DNA of 64,000 nt. Origin: Octopus sinensis. Taxonomy: Eukaryota. How positions within the stretch are numbered: the stretch's first letter is position 1; the number at the start of each line of letters is the position of its first letter. The stretch covers positions 112,406,001 through 112,470,000 of the forward strand of contig NC_043000.1 of assembly GCF_006345805.1 (NCBI RefSeq), given 5' to 3'. The notes under the pieces are model-generated. The model had not been told where the DNA came from. It ran no database searches and was given only the letters and a program-made list of their open reading frames with translations. The translations under genes were made by a program, and so were the position numbers. Positions 51,489 to 62,290 of the stretch are shown piece by piece.

Positions 51489-51922
51489 CAGCGGTTCCCA
51501 AACTTTTCTAGGCTGCTGACCCCTTAACACCCAGGCCACATTCCTAGCACTCCCACCCCAACAAACCATCACAAACACAGACCTCTTTCTGAAACAAATT
51601 CAAAGCAACTGTATTTCACAAATAAAACTTAACCTAACGAACCCATTATTTTGTTGTTTTTACATGAATCGTTACCCCATTGTTGCCCCACTTTTTACAA
51701 GAATCGCTACCCCATTATTGCACCACTTTTTACATGAATCGCTACCCCATTATAGCCCCACTTTTTACAAGAATCGCTATCCCATTATTGCCCCACTTTT
51801 TACATGAATCGCTACCCCATTATGTCCCCACTTTTTACGTGAATTGCTACCTCATTATGGCCCCATTTTTTACATGAATCGCTACCTCATTATGGCCCCA
51901 CTGCCCACTTTGGGAACTATCT
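51489..51922. mobile_element. hAT (Charlie-like) MITE containing a minisatellite
   Basis: Left end CAGCGGTTCCCAAACT; degenerate right end containing TTTGGGAAC. Confidence 0.55.
51661..51905. repeat. 35-bp minisatellite, 7 copies
   Basis: Head-to-tail tacatgaatcgctaccccattattgccccactttt units at 51661, 51696, 51731, 51766, 51801, 51836, 51871; no spacers. Confidence 0.95.
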
Positions 51923-52082
51923 TTTTTTGTTCTACAAAAATTTTTGAGTTCTAATGGTGTGAACACCGAATGAAATCACAGGACCAGTCACCTCAGTACC
52001 ATCATTGCTCCCCATGAAAATGTTTGGATTCAGTTGTTGTTATCCTGGTATAACAATAACTTCCTGGGATTCATCATTGTCT

Positions 52083-52400
52083 GAATCCAAATTGAGGTAT
52101 CATCATCATTTAATGTTCCTTTTTCTATGCTGTTTTGGCATAGTTTCCATAGCTGGATGCCTTTCCTAATGCCAACCACTTCACAAAGTGTTACTGGGTG
52201 CATTTTCTCGGTTGGTTTTGTGGTGTGTTCATTGTGAGGTCACCAAGTACTTGCAAGACAAGCCACCTCAACATATTGAGATGGGAAGGATATGAAAGTA
52301 TAATAGCGGGATAGGAGCAAGTGTCTTGTTGAAGAGGGGGAATACATGACTTACCCATCTGGAAAAAGAGAGAGAGAGAGAGATGTAAGGTCAAGGGTAC
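52083..52400 (-). mobile_element. Family-A' copy
   Basis: catcatcatttaatgt...agctggatgcctttcctaatgccaacc. Confidence 0.65.
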
Positions 52401-55400
52401 AAGGTGAATATGAGAGAAAGATATAGGGCAGGAATAGGAAAGATGGGTGGGTGGGTAAGTGCACTAAATGTGGAGTGTGACAGATGAGTAGAGACTGGGT
52501 GGGTGGTCGAGTTGGGTGCAGTGAATATCAGTTTTGAGGAGGCCAAGTGAAGGGGAAATACTGAATGGGTGAGGGAGAGGAGGTGATAAGGGACCGAGTA
52601 TGTGGGGTTCTGAATAGTAAGATCATTTGGTGGTTGTAATTCTATGTTCTGCCCTAGTGTTAAAACAATACCCACACTTCCAAAAACTGAATATTGGTGC
52701 TGCTTAGGAAGGCTTCTCTCAAAGTTATACTCATGTTATTAAAAAAAAAATTTTTTTCTTCTTTTGAAAAAGAGAACAGGTGATTTAGTTGCACAAAAGT
52801 AGTTTAGAAACTATTATGTGTGGGTGTTTTTACAGCTGGCTGGCTTTCTTCATGATTGCTTTGGGAGTGACATGTTTTTGTTTCCTTTTCTTTTTCAACT
52901 CAGTATTTTAAGTACTTGCAGATTGAATTGCTTTTTTTTTTTTAAGAATAGCAGTCATTACTTTTACTTATTTATATTTCTTTCTTTTTTTGTCTGGTAA
53001 ATTAGGTTGAATTAGGTTGTGAAGTTTTCTACACCATAAATCTTGTGTTCGGCAATAAAACCTGTCCTTTTCAAGTTTGTTGTTATGCTTGTCTGCTTTT
53101 TTCCCTTCTTGATATTTTCTTGTCTTTGTATCAGTTAGATAGTTCTGCAAATTTTCACATTTGCAAATTAATTTATTTGCATTTCTCTTGGCATTTAACT
53201 GCAAAGTGTGTGTGCATGCGTGTTGTTGTATGTGTGGCAAGGAGAGTGGTTTTGAATTTGTTACCTGTAGTAAACTGAGTAGTTTTGAGGTGGTTACCTG
53301 CGACAGGTAGTGGTTCATAACATGGTCAAGTCACCTGTGTCATTGGTGGCAATTAGTTGAAGGGACATGTCATCTGTAGCAAGGTTAGGTCAGCTGTGTC
53401 ACAAAGGTAAACGGATTAGTTATAAGGTTGGGTCATTTATGTTCCTTTGTCCAGTCCTAGGAATATATGTATGCAATAATAATTTCTTTCATAGGTACAA
53501 AGCCAGGAGTTAGATTCAGAACAGTCGGTTATATTGGCCCTCCCCTCAATAATTGATCTCACTGGCATTTGAACTTGGAACATAGCTCAGGTGAGGTGAG
53601 ATGTGCCATTGCAGCACATTGCTGCATTCATCATTTCTCAGTGTATTCCTGGATCTTCCCAGGTGATCCATTGAGCAGAGTCCTAGTCAGTTCTCATTTC
53701 CATAAGATACCTCCTCATCCTCTCTGATTATGTAGAACATGGTTGACCAACACAAGCTGTCAACCAAGCCAGATCCTCTGTGGAGAGAACAAGCATGTGC
53801 GATGGGTCTGTTTCAGTTTCTGTCTATCAAATCCACTCATCTAAACTTTGAGGATGTCATAAATAAACTCTTATTCTTTTTACCCAACTTGCATATGTTT
53901 TATTGGCAGGTGCTTTAATACTTTCTGGTTTTGTCAGTTTTTACCCTTTTCAATGGGTTTGTTGGGCTTTTATTAACATTTATTGGGAATAAGAGAGAGA
54001 GAGAGAGAGATGACTAAGTGAAATGGATGCTAGGAAATGGTAAATGAATCCTGAGATGAATTTATCTGAATAAGACGTGTTTCGAAACATTTTACAATAT
54101 TCAAAATATCTGCCAAAAATCTCTTGAAACATTCCAGTGAATCAAAATAGGTTATGTTTTCGTAATTTAGAATCTTAAAACAGCAAAACATATTTTGGAA
54201 TTCTTAAATTTTAGAATAATATTGTTTTTAAAAAAAACAACATATTTTGTAATGTATCATTACCATCTTCATCACCATGTCTATTTTTTCAGTTTTGTAT
54301 GGGTAGGATGGATGGTCTCTCGTAAACTAGCAATTAGCTCTCATTTTAATCAGACTTACCCTCTCTATCCACATAAATACCACAGTGTAGTTATACCCAT
54401 GCAACCTCCCCCCAGTCTTTCACAGCTTCCATGCAGTAAATTCTATTCATAAAGGTATTGGTCAACTGAAGGCTTTGATAGAAAATGCTCACGTTGCAGT
54501 GCAGTGGCATTGAACTGGTATCCATGTAGTGTCTTGAAGCCTGCATTCACTTATGTACTTTATGTTGCTCAATGAATTTAAAGCATCATGACTGTGCATG
54601 GCTTAGTGGTTTGAGTATTGGACCCCTGATTGTAAGATTATGGTTTCGATTTCTTGACTGAGCAATTCATTGTGTCTTTGAGCAAAACACTTCATTTAAA
54701 CCACTATGGCCATTTTGGTGGGTCTTTTATTGAGGAATTGTGGGTTTTGAATCAGTGTCTTGCAGGAAATCTACAACAGCACAACAAATGTTTTAAGGCC
54801 ATTTCCTTGCCTAAGTAGGGGCTAATCTTGCAGGCTCCTTTTTAAAGGTGTTTTCAGGTAGGCTTTAGAGAAAAAAACTGATTTTTTTCATTTTCTCGTA
54901 TAATAAAAATAAACGCTAGTGGTTTATCAATAACTTCCATTACATTTTTAAATAATTAACTGATTAATGTTTATCGAAGTTAACTTTTTGGTTAATGGAT
55001 TAACGGTTAACAAAGTTAGCTTTTTGATCAATGGTGCCCACTTTTGGTTGTACCTGTTCTAAAACCAGAATACATACATTTTAAAAGGTAACACATGGGA
55101 AGCTGAAAGATGCCACAAAATCTGAAGACTTTGAGGATTCAGACCAAAAAATACTCAAAAAGAACCGTGTGTGAGGTGGGGTGTAAGGTTTTGTCTGTTG
55201 AATGTTACAGGAATTACTTGAAAAGATTGCATTACAAGTTGAAATTAGATACAAGGTGTGTGTGTGTGTTTCTTGATTGCATGTTTGTGTGTTTGTGCTG
55301 GGTGAAAGTGTTGGCAGTAGGTTCTTGTAGTAGTCACAAAGAAATGTAGGACATTTAAGAATATTGTGGGACATCTGAGATGATGCATGATTGAGTTTCA

Positions 55401-55802
55401 GAGTTTCATAGAAAGTTTGTGTTTGTTGGTGAGATGTGCACTGTATGCATACACACACATGCCCACCCACCTGCGCTTCTTGTCTACCATGCAATGATGC
55501 TGTGAGCTTAATAAACTATAACCTAGACAAACAATATTCTCTTAGCATAAAGTCACTCAATCTCAAATTCCTGCAATAACATTGGAAAATAAAAAATTGA
55601 ATTTGACTTGGTGCTGTTTTAGAGATAAAAAAAACTCTTTACATAACTGGAGGGTTTCACCCATCAGCTGCCAATTGTTTATCCTCATCATTTCAACACT
55701 TTACGACAAGATCACTACTTCTGACAGTGTTAAACAACATTAATATAGTTTAGAATTGTTTGGGAATATATAAACACATTTGTATCTGGTGGGGTGGGGG
55801 GT

Positions 55803-56010
55803 CATCATCTTTTGATGTCCACTTTCCTCATTGGCATGGATTAGACCGCTTGATGGACTCTGGTGAGCCATAGTCCATGTTGGGTTCCACTGTCAGCTTT
55901 GGGTTGGTTTCTACAGCTGGATGCACTTCCTAACAGTAACCCCTTTACAGGGTGTACTGGTGCTTTTAACCCTGCCACCAGCCCTAGTGGAGTTGCCGAG
56001 TAACTTGCAT
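55803..56010 (-). mobile_element. Family-A' copy about 115 nt upstream of the CAMSAP exon
   Basis: catcatcttttgatgtccactttcc...ttctacagctggatgcacttcctaac. Confidence 0.7.
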
Positions 56011-56124
56011 ATAAAACATATATACATATGTAAATACATACATAGAAGTGATAATACTTTAATGTTTATGTGTAATTTGAACTTCTGTACTAATTTCTAA
56101 TATGTCTATATTTTCATTTTTTAG

Positions 56125-56220
56125 GCGAAGCTGCGTCTGTCCCTTTCCTGGATACTAGCAAAGGCTTATGCTGACTGTATTCCACATGACTTCTTAGATC
56201 TATTTTATGAAAATGCCCAA
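56125..56220 (+). CDS. CAMSAP: Coding exon of CAMSAP/Patronin, N-terminal region (AKLRLSLSWILAKAYADCIPHDFLDLFYENAQ)
   Basis: Pyrimidine-rich acceptor ttttcattttttag, 96-nt open frame, donor gtaagt at 56221, phase 0/0. The peptide matches the CAMSAP family motif I recall (human CAMSAP1 AKIAANLQWICAKAYG..IPEDLRDPFY; fly Patronin ARQRASVKWLLSKAF..VPDNLKEPFY). Confidence 0.92.
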
Positions 56221-56437
56221 GTAAGTCAAAAGCTTCTGTCGTGTTTATTTTGTGGTGTTGTTAATTTAAGTCTGTTTTCCTTGACATGCTATCATGAGTT
56301 AGGCCAACCACAGGTGTTGGAGGAAGGATTTGAGACAAGGGTTTTGATACTGGACGCTCTTCTTGTCACCAGCCCTCACTGTTTTTTGCAGTGAAGGGGT
56401 CTTGGTGATAAGCACAGTATCAGTATTCTTGCATTTA

Positions 56438-56674
56438 GGGTGGCGAGCTGGCAGAATCGTTAGCACGCGGGACGAACTACTTAGCCGTATTTCGTCTGCC
56501 GTTACATTCTGAGTTCAAATTCTGCCAAGGTCGATTTTGCCTTTCATCCTTTTGGTGTTGATTAAATAAGTACCAGTTATGCACTGGGGTCGATGTACAT
56601 GACTTAATCCCTTTGTCTGTCCTTATTTGTCCCCTCTATGTTTAGCTCCCCCCACCGTGGGCAATAAAGAAATA
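56438..56674 (+). mobile_element. Family-C SINE
   Basis: Full length with tail gcaataaagaaata. Confidence 0.85.
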
Positions 56675-56690
56675 AATATTCATGCACATT

Positions 56691-56878
56691 AAGGTGGGGA
56701 GCTGACAGAATCATTGGCAGAATTCTTTGTAGCATTTCATTTGCCTTTACATTCTGAGTTCAAATTCTGCTGAAGTTGACTCAGCCATTTGTCTATGACC
56801 AGCTGAGCACTGGGGTTGATGTAATTTACTTTCCTCACTCCCCCATAAATTGCTGGCCTTGTGTCAAAATTTGAAACC
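56691..56878 (+). mobile_element. Family-C SINE with a probable TSD
   Basis: Flanked by a direct repeat AATATTCATGCA (56675-86, 56879-90). Confidence 0.75.
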
Positions 56879-57143
56879 AATATTCATGCATACACATGCC
56901 CACCCACTCATATGACTGGTTTGATACAGTTTCAGTTTGCATTCGTTGTGTTGGAGTGAGAGTAGAAAGCACTTCATCCAGCTCTTTGGCATTGACCTTG
57001 AGACCACGTGGTTGTTAAGTGAACTTCTTAACCACACGGCCATTCCTGCACCTGCGTTTGTCATTTCATAAGATTTATATTGGAATCAAATTGTGGAATG
57101 TTATCTTTTTTCTTTATTTTTGTTAACTACTTTTAACTAAATA

Positions 57144-57415
57144 TAGTAGAACCTCACAGTATGAGTCCCCCATTGTACGAGTAATTTGCTGCACAAGCTG
57201 AGACTCGTGTGAATTTTTGTGTTGAAGTATGAACGAAAATCCACAGTACAAGCACACAAATCGTCCCATCTTTAAATCAATTCAGTTAATAAAACCAGTT
57301 TACATATTTCTTTTGCATTCTCATTTTTATAATTGTCATTTTACTTGTAACTACACCTTTTCTGTTTTAAAACCCGTAAAAAATTATTTTTGAGGGGCTG
57401 CAATGGATTAATTAT
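57144..57415. mobile_element. Possible Tigger/pogo-like MITE, truncated by a family-A insertion
   Basis: TA|tagtagaacctc start and gaggggctgcaatggattaat, which resembles an internal Tigger7/MER44-like motif I recall. Only one end is seen. Confidence 0.35.
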
Positions 57416-57416
57416 C

Positions 57417-57838
57417 ATAATCGTTTAATGTCTGCTTTCCTTGCTAGCATGGGTTGGACGGTTTGACTGAGGACTGGTGAGCCAGAAGGCTGCACCAGGC
57501 TCTAATCTGATCTGGCAAAGTTTTTACAGCTGGATGCCCTTCCTAATGCCAACCACTCCAAGAGTGCAGTGGGTGCTTTTACATGCCACCAGCACGAGGG
57601 CCAGTTAGGTGGTACTGGCAATGACCACACTCAAAAGGTATTTTTTACGTGCCACCTCCACAGGAGCCAGTCTGGTGGCACTGGCAACAACCATGCTTGA
57701 ATGGTGCTTTTGGGGAAAATCGCCAGTAAGGCGACGCTGGCAACGATCATGCTTGAATGGTGCTTTATACGTGCCACCGGCATGGGAGCCAGTTAGTGGC
57801 CCTGGCAACGATCACACTCGGATGGTGCTTTTGGGGAA
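57417..57838 (-). mobile_element. Family-A copy with 4-5 tandem modules
   Basis: Repeated ggtgcttt...ctggcaac.a.cac.c.cgaat. Confidence 0.9.
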
Positions 57839-58491
57839 AATTGATTTGTAGAATGAGTAAATCGTAAGACAAGTTCGGTCATGGAATGAATTAAACTCGT
57901 ACTGCGAGGTATCACTGTATATATTTTATCATTAATGTAAATTTGCTCTTCCATACATTCTTTAAATTTAATAAATTGTAATAAACTTTTTATTTTTATA
58001 TGTCATAGTGTAGTGCTTTGGGATGCATTGTCAGTGATGTTTCCTGGTGTCATTAGGTGTTTGAGGTCCATCAACATCAGACACCCTCATCTAGGTGACC
58101 TGGCCAAAGTTGATCGATCAGACTCCTACTTGTCTAGTTAGCACTACCCTTGGTATCAATACCCTTCCTGATCTACACCTACATGATCACACCTCCTAAT
58201 CTACAGCTACTCTGAGGCAACCTCTGCTCCTCCACAGCCAACCTGATAGTCTCCTGCCTACGGGCTGGGCCCCTCTGATGCTAAGCATGGTGTAAGCTGG
58301 CCTGCAATAACTCTGCATTCAACCTCGACAGGATCACACATTGCTAACCATCCATTGCTGTGGTAAAATTCTCCACCAGCTCAGTCTATATTTCCTCCTT
58401 GATCTGGTCCTCCCAGTGATGTTGGGATGACAGTTTCTGAGAAGTTTAACTGCTTCCCAAAAGAAAAAAAATAAAGATACTGATATTTTTG

Positions 58492-58650
58492 TAGGAAGGG
58501 CATCCTGGCGTTAGGAAGGGCATCCAGCTGTAGAAACTCTGCCAGATCAAGATTGAGGCCTGGTGCAGCCATCTGGTTCGCCAGCCCTCAGTCAAAATCG
58601 TCCAACCCATGCTAGCATGGAAAGCGGACATTAAACAATGATGATGATGA
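58492..58650 (+). mobile_element. Family-A 3' copy
   Basis: Core and tail cattaaacaatgatgatgatg. Confidence 0.85.
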
Positions 58651-58744
58651 AAAACTTGACTTTAAACTCTATTTTCATTGTAACATGTTTTGTAAGTTGA
58701 TAAAATTGTTTGTTCTAATGTCTTTTTTTAATGTTTTCTTGCAG

Positions 58745-58850
58745 GGCCTGTGCCTTCTGAAACCTCAATTAGTACTCAAATTATCATCGGGAGAAATTTA
58801 CATTCTTGCTTGCAATAACATATTCCCTGAATATACAGGATCCTTAAATA
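58745..58850 (+). CDS. CAMSAP: Next CAMSAP/Patronin coding exon (GLCLLKPQLVLKLSSGEIYILACNNIFPEYTGSLN + 1 nt)
   Basis: Acceptor ttttcttgcag, donor gtaagt at 58851, 106 nt, continues the previous exon in frame. LKPQLVLKLSSGEIY aligns with the family segment IKPPVIKLLLSSELY / LKPQIIVELGNATLY. Lies inside ORF 58685..58909. Confidence 0.9.
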
Positions 58851-59604
58851 GTAAGTATGGCACCAGAGCTTCGTGTAATTTTGCTTTCAGACATTGTCAT
58901 GGCAACTAATGCTTTTGTCTGCATGGCACGAGTGTACGTGTGTACATTCGCCTGCACACACACACACACTGTTTAGTGTTGACTGTTAGAAGAAAGAGTA
59001 CTTGGTATCATAGTAGGAATTATTATAGTCTTTTGCTACACTGAGTCCCACCTGTGGAAGCACTGGGTAACATCAAGTCTCTGTGCACCCACAGGCGAAG
59101 TCTAGTGCAGCAAGAGACTGACTTGACCAACACACACACACACACACACATACATACACACGCACAAATATGAAATTAAATAAAATGACAAGAAACAAGA
59201 ATTACAGAATCAACTTCATTAGCTTACAACTGTTTCTGCCATTCGAAGCAGCACACAGAGCTGAGTGTTTATGCATCACTTAGTTTCCTCTGCCTTTAAA
59301 GTGAAGTGTACATTTCATATATTGATTGTTGTGTAGCCTGAGGTCAGTGCTGATTGAGTAGTCGATCACATAATCAAAGGCTATTGCCTTGTGTACATCC
59401 TACCTTTTATTCCAGAACAGGGTTCACTATACTGTATCGTCCAGTGTGTTCTTTTACAAGATGGTAGGATCTCACTACTTTTTTTCTTTCTTGCAGCTTG
59501 GGCTACCAAATAGACTCCTTTCCTTCATTGACTCCTGTCATCAGTGATGTTGTCTTTCTGGTTTCGATCTCCTCCTTAGTTTGTAGATGAGGATGACCCT
59601 CCCT

Positions 59605-59762
59605 GCGTGGTTGGTGTTAGGAAGGACATCCAGCTGTAGAAACTCTGCCAGATCAAGATTGGAGCCTGGTACGGCCATCTGGTTCGCCAGCCCTCAGTCA
59701 AAATTGTCCAACCCATGCTAGCATGGAAAGCGGACATTAAACGATGGTGATGACGATGATGA
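59605..59762 (+). mobile_element. Family-A 3' copy
   Basis: Near-identical to 58492-58650. Confidence 0.85.
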
Positions 59763-60454
59763 CTGAGATTCCAATCAGATTTGAATTGGTGGTTAATGAT
59801 TAAGGAATTAGGGTGTCAGTGCAGGTTGAGGGTGGGGATTTGTCCCCTTGGAGAAAGATAGTTTAAGGATTTGCACATATTAGGTTAATGTTTAGTATGG
59901 GTATTTACATATAATTTCATGAGAAACAGTCTGTGTGTGTGTGTTGGTAAACATTTTTCGTATTTACTTACGTTTAACAAGTCTACATGTCAAAGATATG
60001 TTTAACTTTCAGTCCCCATCGTCTAAACATCCTTTTATCTACTTCCTTGTCCCAGATACCTTTCAGTCTGTTTCTCCATGTCTATTCGGCTACCATTCAG
60101 TACCTCGGTTAAAACTCAGCATTTTATTACCGTTTTCCATATTTGAATCACTGTTTATCTCTTTACATTCACTGAATACTGACTTATGATAAGACAAGGG
60201 AAGGAACCTTAAAAAGAGGAAGGGCACACTAGATAATATAATCCAAGATGAACTATGTCAACCAAAATAAGATGGGAGTGATCATGTCTCAGATACTTTT
60301 GATCATAGTTCTTCTCTGTCAAGATAAATTGTGGCTAAAATAGAACCTTAATATGGTTACTTGCTCTGTAAGAATTAACAGCTAAATCTACCCCAAATTG
60401 CCCTTAAATTGTCTTGAAAAAGAAAGGGCACATTACATACTGGTTTTAAGATTT

Positions 60455-60655
60455 GGCACAAGGCCAGCAAATTTAAGGGTCAATAAAAGTTTAGCACTGG
60501 GGTCAATGTACTCAATTTACCCCTCCCCTTAAATTTATTGACTTTGAAACAACGAAAGTTGGCTTTGGCAGAATTTGAACTCAGAATATAGAGTTGGCAG
60601 AATTACTGCTAAGCATTTTGCTTGATGCCCTAAGGATTCAGTCAGCTTGCTCCCT
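60455..60655 (-). mobile_element. Family-C SINE (degenerate)
   Basis: ggcacaaggcc...agaatttgaactcagaa. Confidence 0.7.
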
Positions 60656-60750
60656 TACACATAACATAATGTAGTTGTAGATATGCCGGTTTCAGCCGGT
60701 TTGGTAACAAAAGAGTTAAGAGATGAGGAATTATGTACATTATTTACACG

Positions 60751-61009
60751 GGCATATGGCGTAGTGGTTAAGAGCGCAGGCTACTAACCCCAAGATTCTG
60801 AGTTCGATTCCAGGCAGTGACCTGAATAATAATAATAATAATAATAACAACAATAATAATAATAATAACATTGAAAAATACCTTGGGAATGAGAACCCAT
60901 GTTTGAAATTTCTCTATGACACCTGATGAAGGCTGGAGGTTATATCAGCCGAAACGTGTTAACAGCAAACAAGATGAGGACGAATATTCGTCAAATGTAA
61001 ATAATGTAA
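60751..61009 (+). mobile_element. Family-D SINE, most complete copy: tRNA-like head + (AAT)n + hammerhead-like tail
   Basis: A box TGGCGTAGTGG, B box GAGTTCGATTCC, (AAT)n linker; tail shared with the copies at 24698, 25021 and 27465. Confidence 0.85.
60918..60960 (+). ncRNA. Degenerate minimal hammerhead motif (cleavage triplet deleted)
   Basis: GACAC CTGATGA a GGCTG gaggttatat CAGCC GAAAC GTGTT. Confidence 0.55.
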
Positions 61010-61107
61010 TTAAGTTAACATATAGTTTAGTGCAGTTTGATGTGGTTTCTGTTTGTTGTTCTACACACATCTGATCAATATGTCAGTCGGATGAGTGAAT
61101 ATGACTT

Positions 61108-61240
61108 TACGCTCTGAGTTCAAATTCCGCTGAGGTCGACTTTGCCTTTCATCCTTTCAGGGTTGAGTACTGGGGTTGATCTAATTGACTGGCCCCCTCC
61201 CACTAAAATTTTGGGCCTTGTGCCTGGAGTAGAAAAGAAT
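61108..61240 (+). mobile_element. Family-C SINE 3' part
   Basis: ctgagttcaaattccgctgaggtcgactttgcctttcatcc. Confidence 0.8.
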
Positions 61241-61644
61241 ATGATTTTACGGAGACACTGTGCATGTGTTAATGGCTTCCATACAGTTTTTGTCTACTAA
61301 ATGCACTCACAATGCATTAATTGACCCTGGGGCTGTAGTAGAGACACTTGCTCAAGATGTTACATGATTGCAAAACAAACGTCTTAACCAGACAGCCATG
61401 CCTGTGCTTAAGGCTTCTTCACCACACAGCCATGAAAGTTTCTATCTTAAATTTCTATTTCAAATATCTCGAAACCCGTTAAACACTCTTTCACTCATTA
61501 TTTTAATTAATAAATTAATTATATTAAGTGGCTCCAACCAGTTTCATAGTTATTGTCTTCTGTGAACATTTTGGAGCTGATGAAAATGATTAGGGGCTAA
61601 GAGCAGCTTCCACAACATCACACCCCATGTTGTTCTTGTCTTAA

Positions 61645-61864
61645 CCCTTAAGTATTCACAATATTCTGTCAAATGTTATGTTTATTTATTCCCATTGGTT
61701 TGAATTAATCATGGGATTATCTCATAGCTTTGAGATTTTGATGTGGTAACCGTTAATTTTAAAAATAATATTGTAGGGTTGGTGTGAGATGCTGGATCTG
61801 ACCAGTTTGGACATAAAACAGGTAGACTGTTTTGGTCAGATATGTCGGTTTTGATGATAAAACA
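61645..61864. mobile_element. piggyBac-like MITE family 2 (degenerate)
   Basis: TTAA|CCCTT start, TTAA at 61865-68. Interior matches 18098-18232 in reverse complement. Confidence 0.6.
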
Positions 61865-61989
61865 TTAAGGAACTTCATTGCAACCAATGTTGTTACTTGA
61901 ACATCAATGAATCAATTTGCTGTTTGTCGTGAGAACCCCCTTGCTTAGTTTCCTGTGACTCAATCTTTTACAAACCCTTACACTCACCA

Positions 61990-62290
61990 AAGATCACCTT
62001 GCACCACACCTCTTCTATATACAGACATGTCATGAAAGTCTTCAAATACAATAACATCTTAGTATCTGTGATGACCTCCAAAGTGACCTTGTATAGAGAA
62101 CTTGTCTAAGACTCCTCTTCAGACCTTGAAAATCCTTATTCTCTGATTAAATGTTTCCACTTTAGAAAGCTCATGTAAATTCTGCATTGAAAAATTGCTC
62201 TCGTGTTTGGGATGGTACTAGTTCTATACTCCTAGGTGTCCTTGACCACATCCTGACCAAGGTCATTCAACTGATCAGCAAACACTCAGC
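61990..62290 (+). mobile_element. Degenerate CR1/Jockey-like LINE RT remnant
   Basis: CSRVWDGTSSILLGVLDHILTKVIQLI resembles the YCS.VW.G.....L..LD.IQ.KA.RLI motif; upstream frames are broken. Confidence 0.55.

Larger units (their letters stand above)
56221..58744 (+). other. GT-AG intron between the two CAMSAP exons
   Basis: Starts gtaagt, ends ttgcag, joins the two exons in frame. Confidence 0.88.

Noticed and set aside
51661-51905. CRISPR-like 35-nt periodicity
   Set aside because: Units are head-to-tail with no unique spacers, there are no cas genes, and the context is eukaryotic.
55090-55180. Candidate upstream CAMSAP exon (ORF 55110)
   Set aside because: No frame resembles the CAMSAP N-terminus and there is no convincing phase-0 donor.
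59497-59520. Strong acceptor ttttctttcttgcag as the next CAMSAP exon
   Set aside because: In the required phase 1 the frame hits TAG after five codons and lacks the expected SVIQAL-like motif.
60751-60822. Functional tRNA gene (also the B, C and H heads)
   Set aside because: A/B boxes are present but there is no acceptor-stem pairing or T-run terminator, and the heads are fused to repeat bodies: SINE heads.
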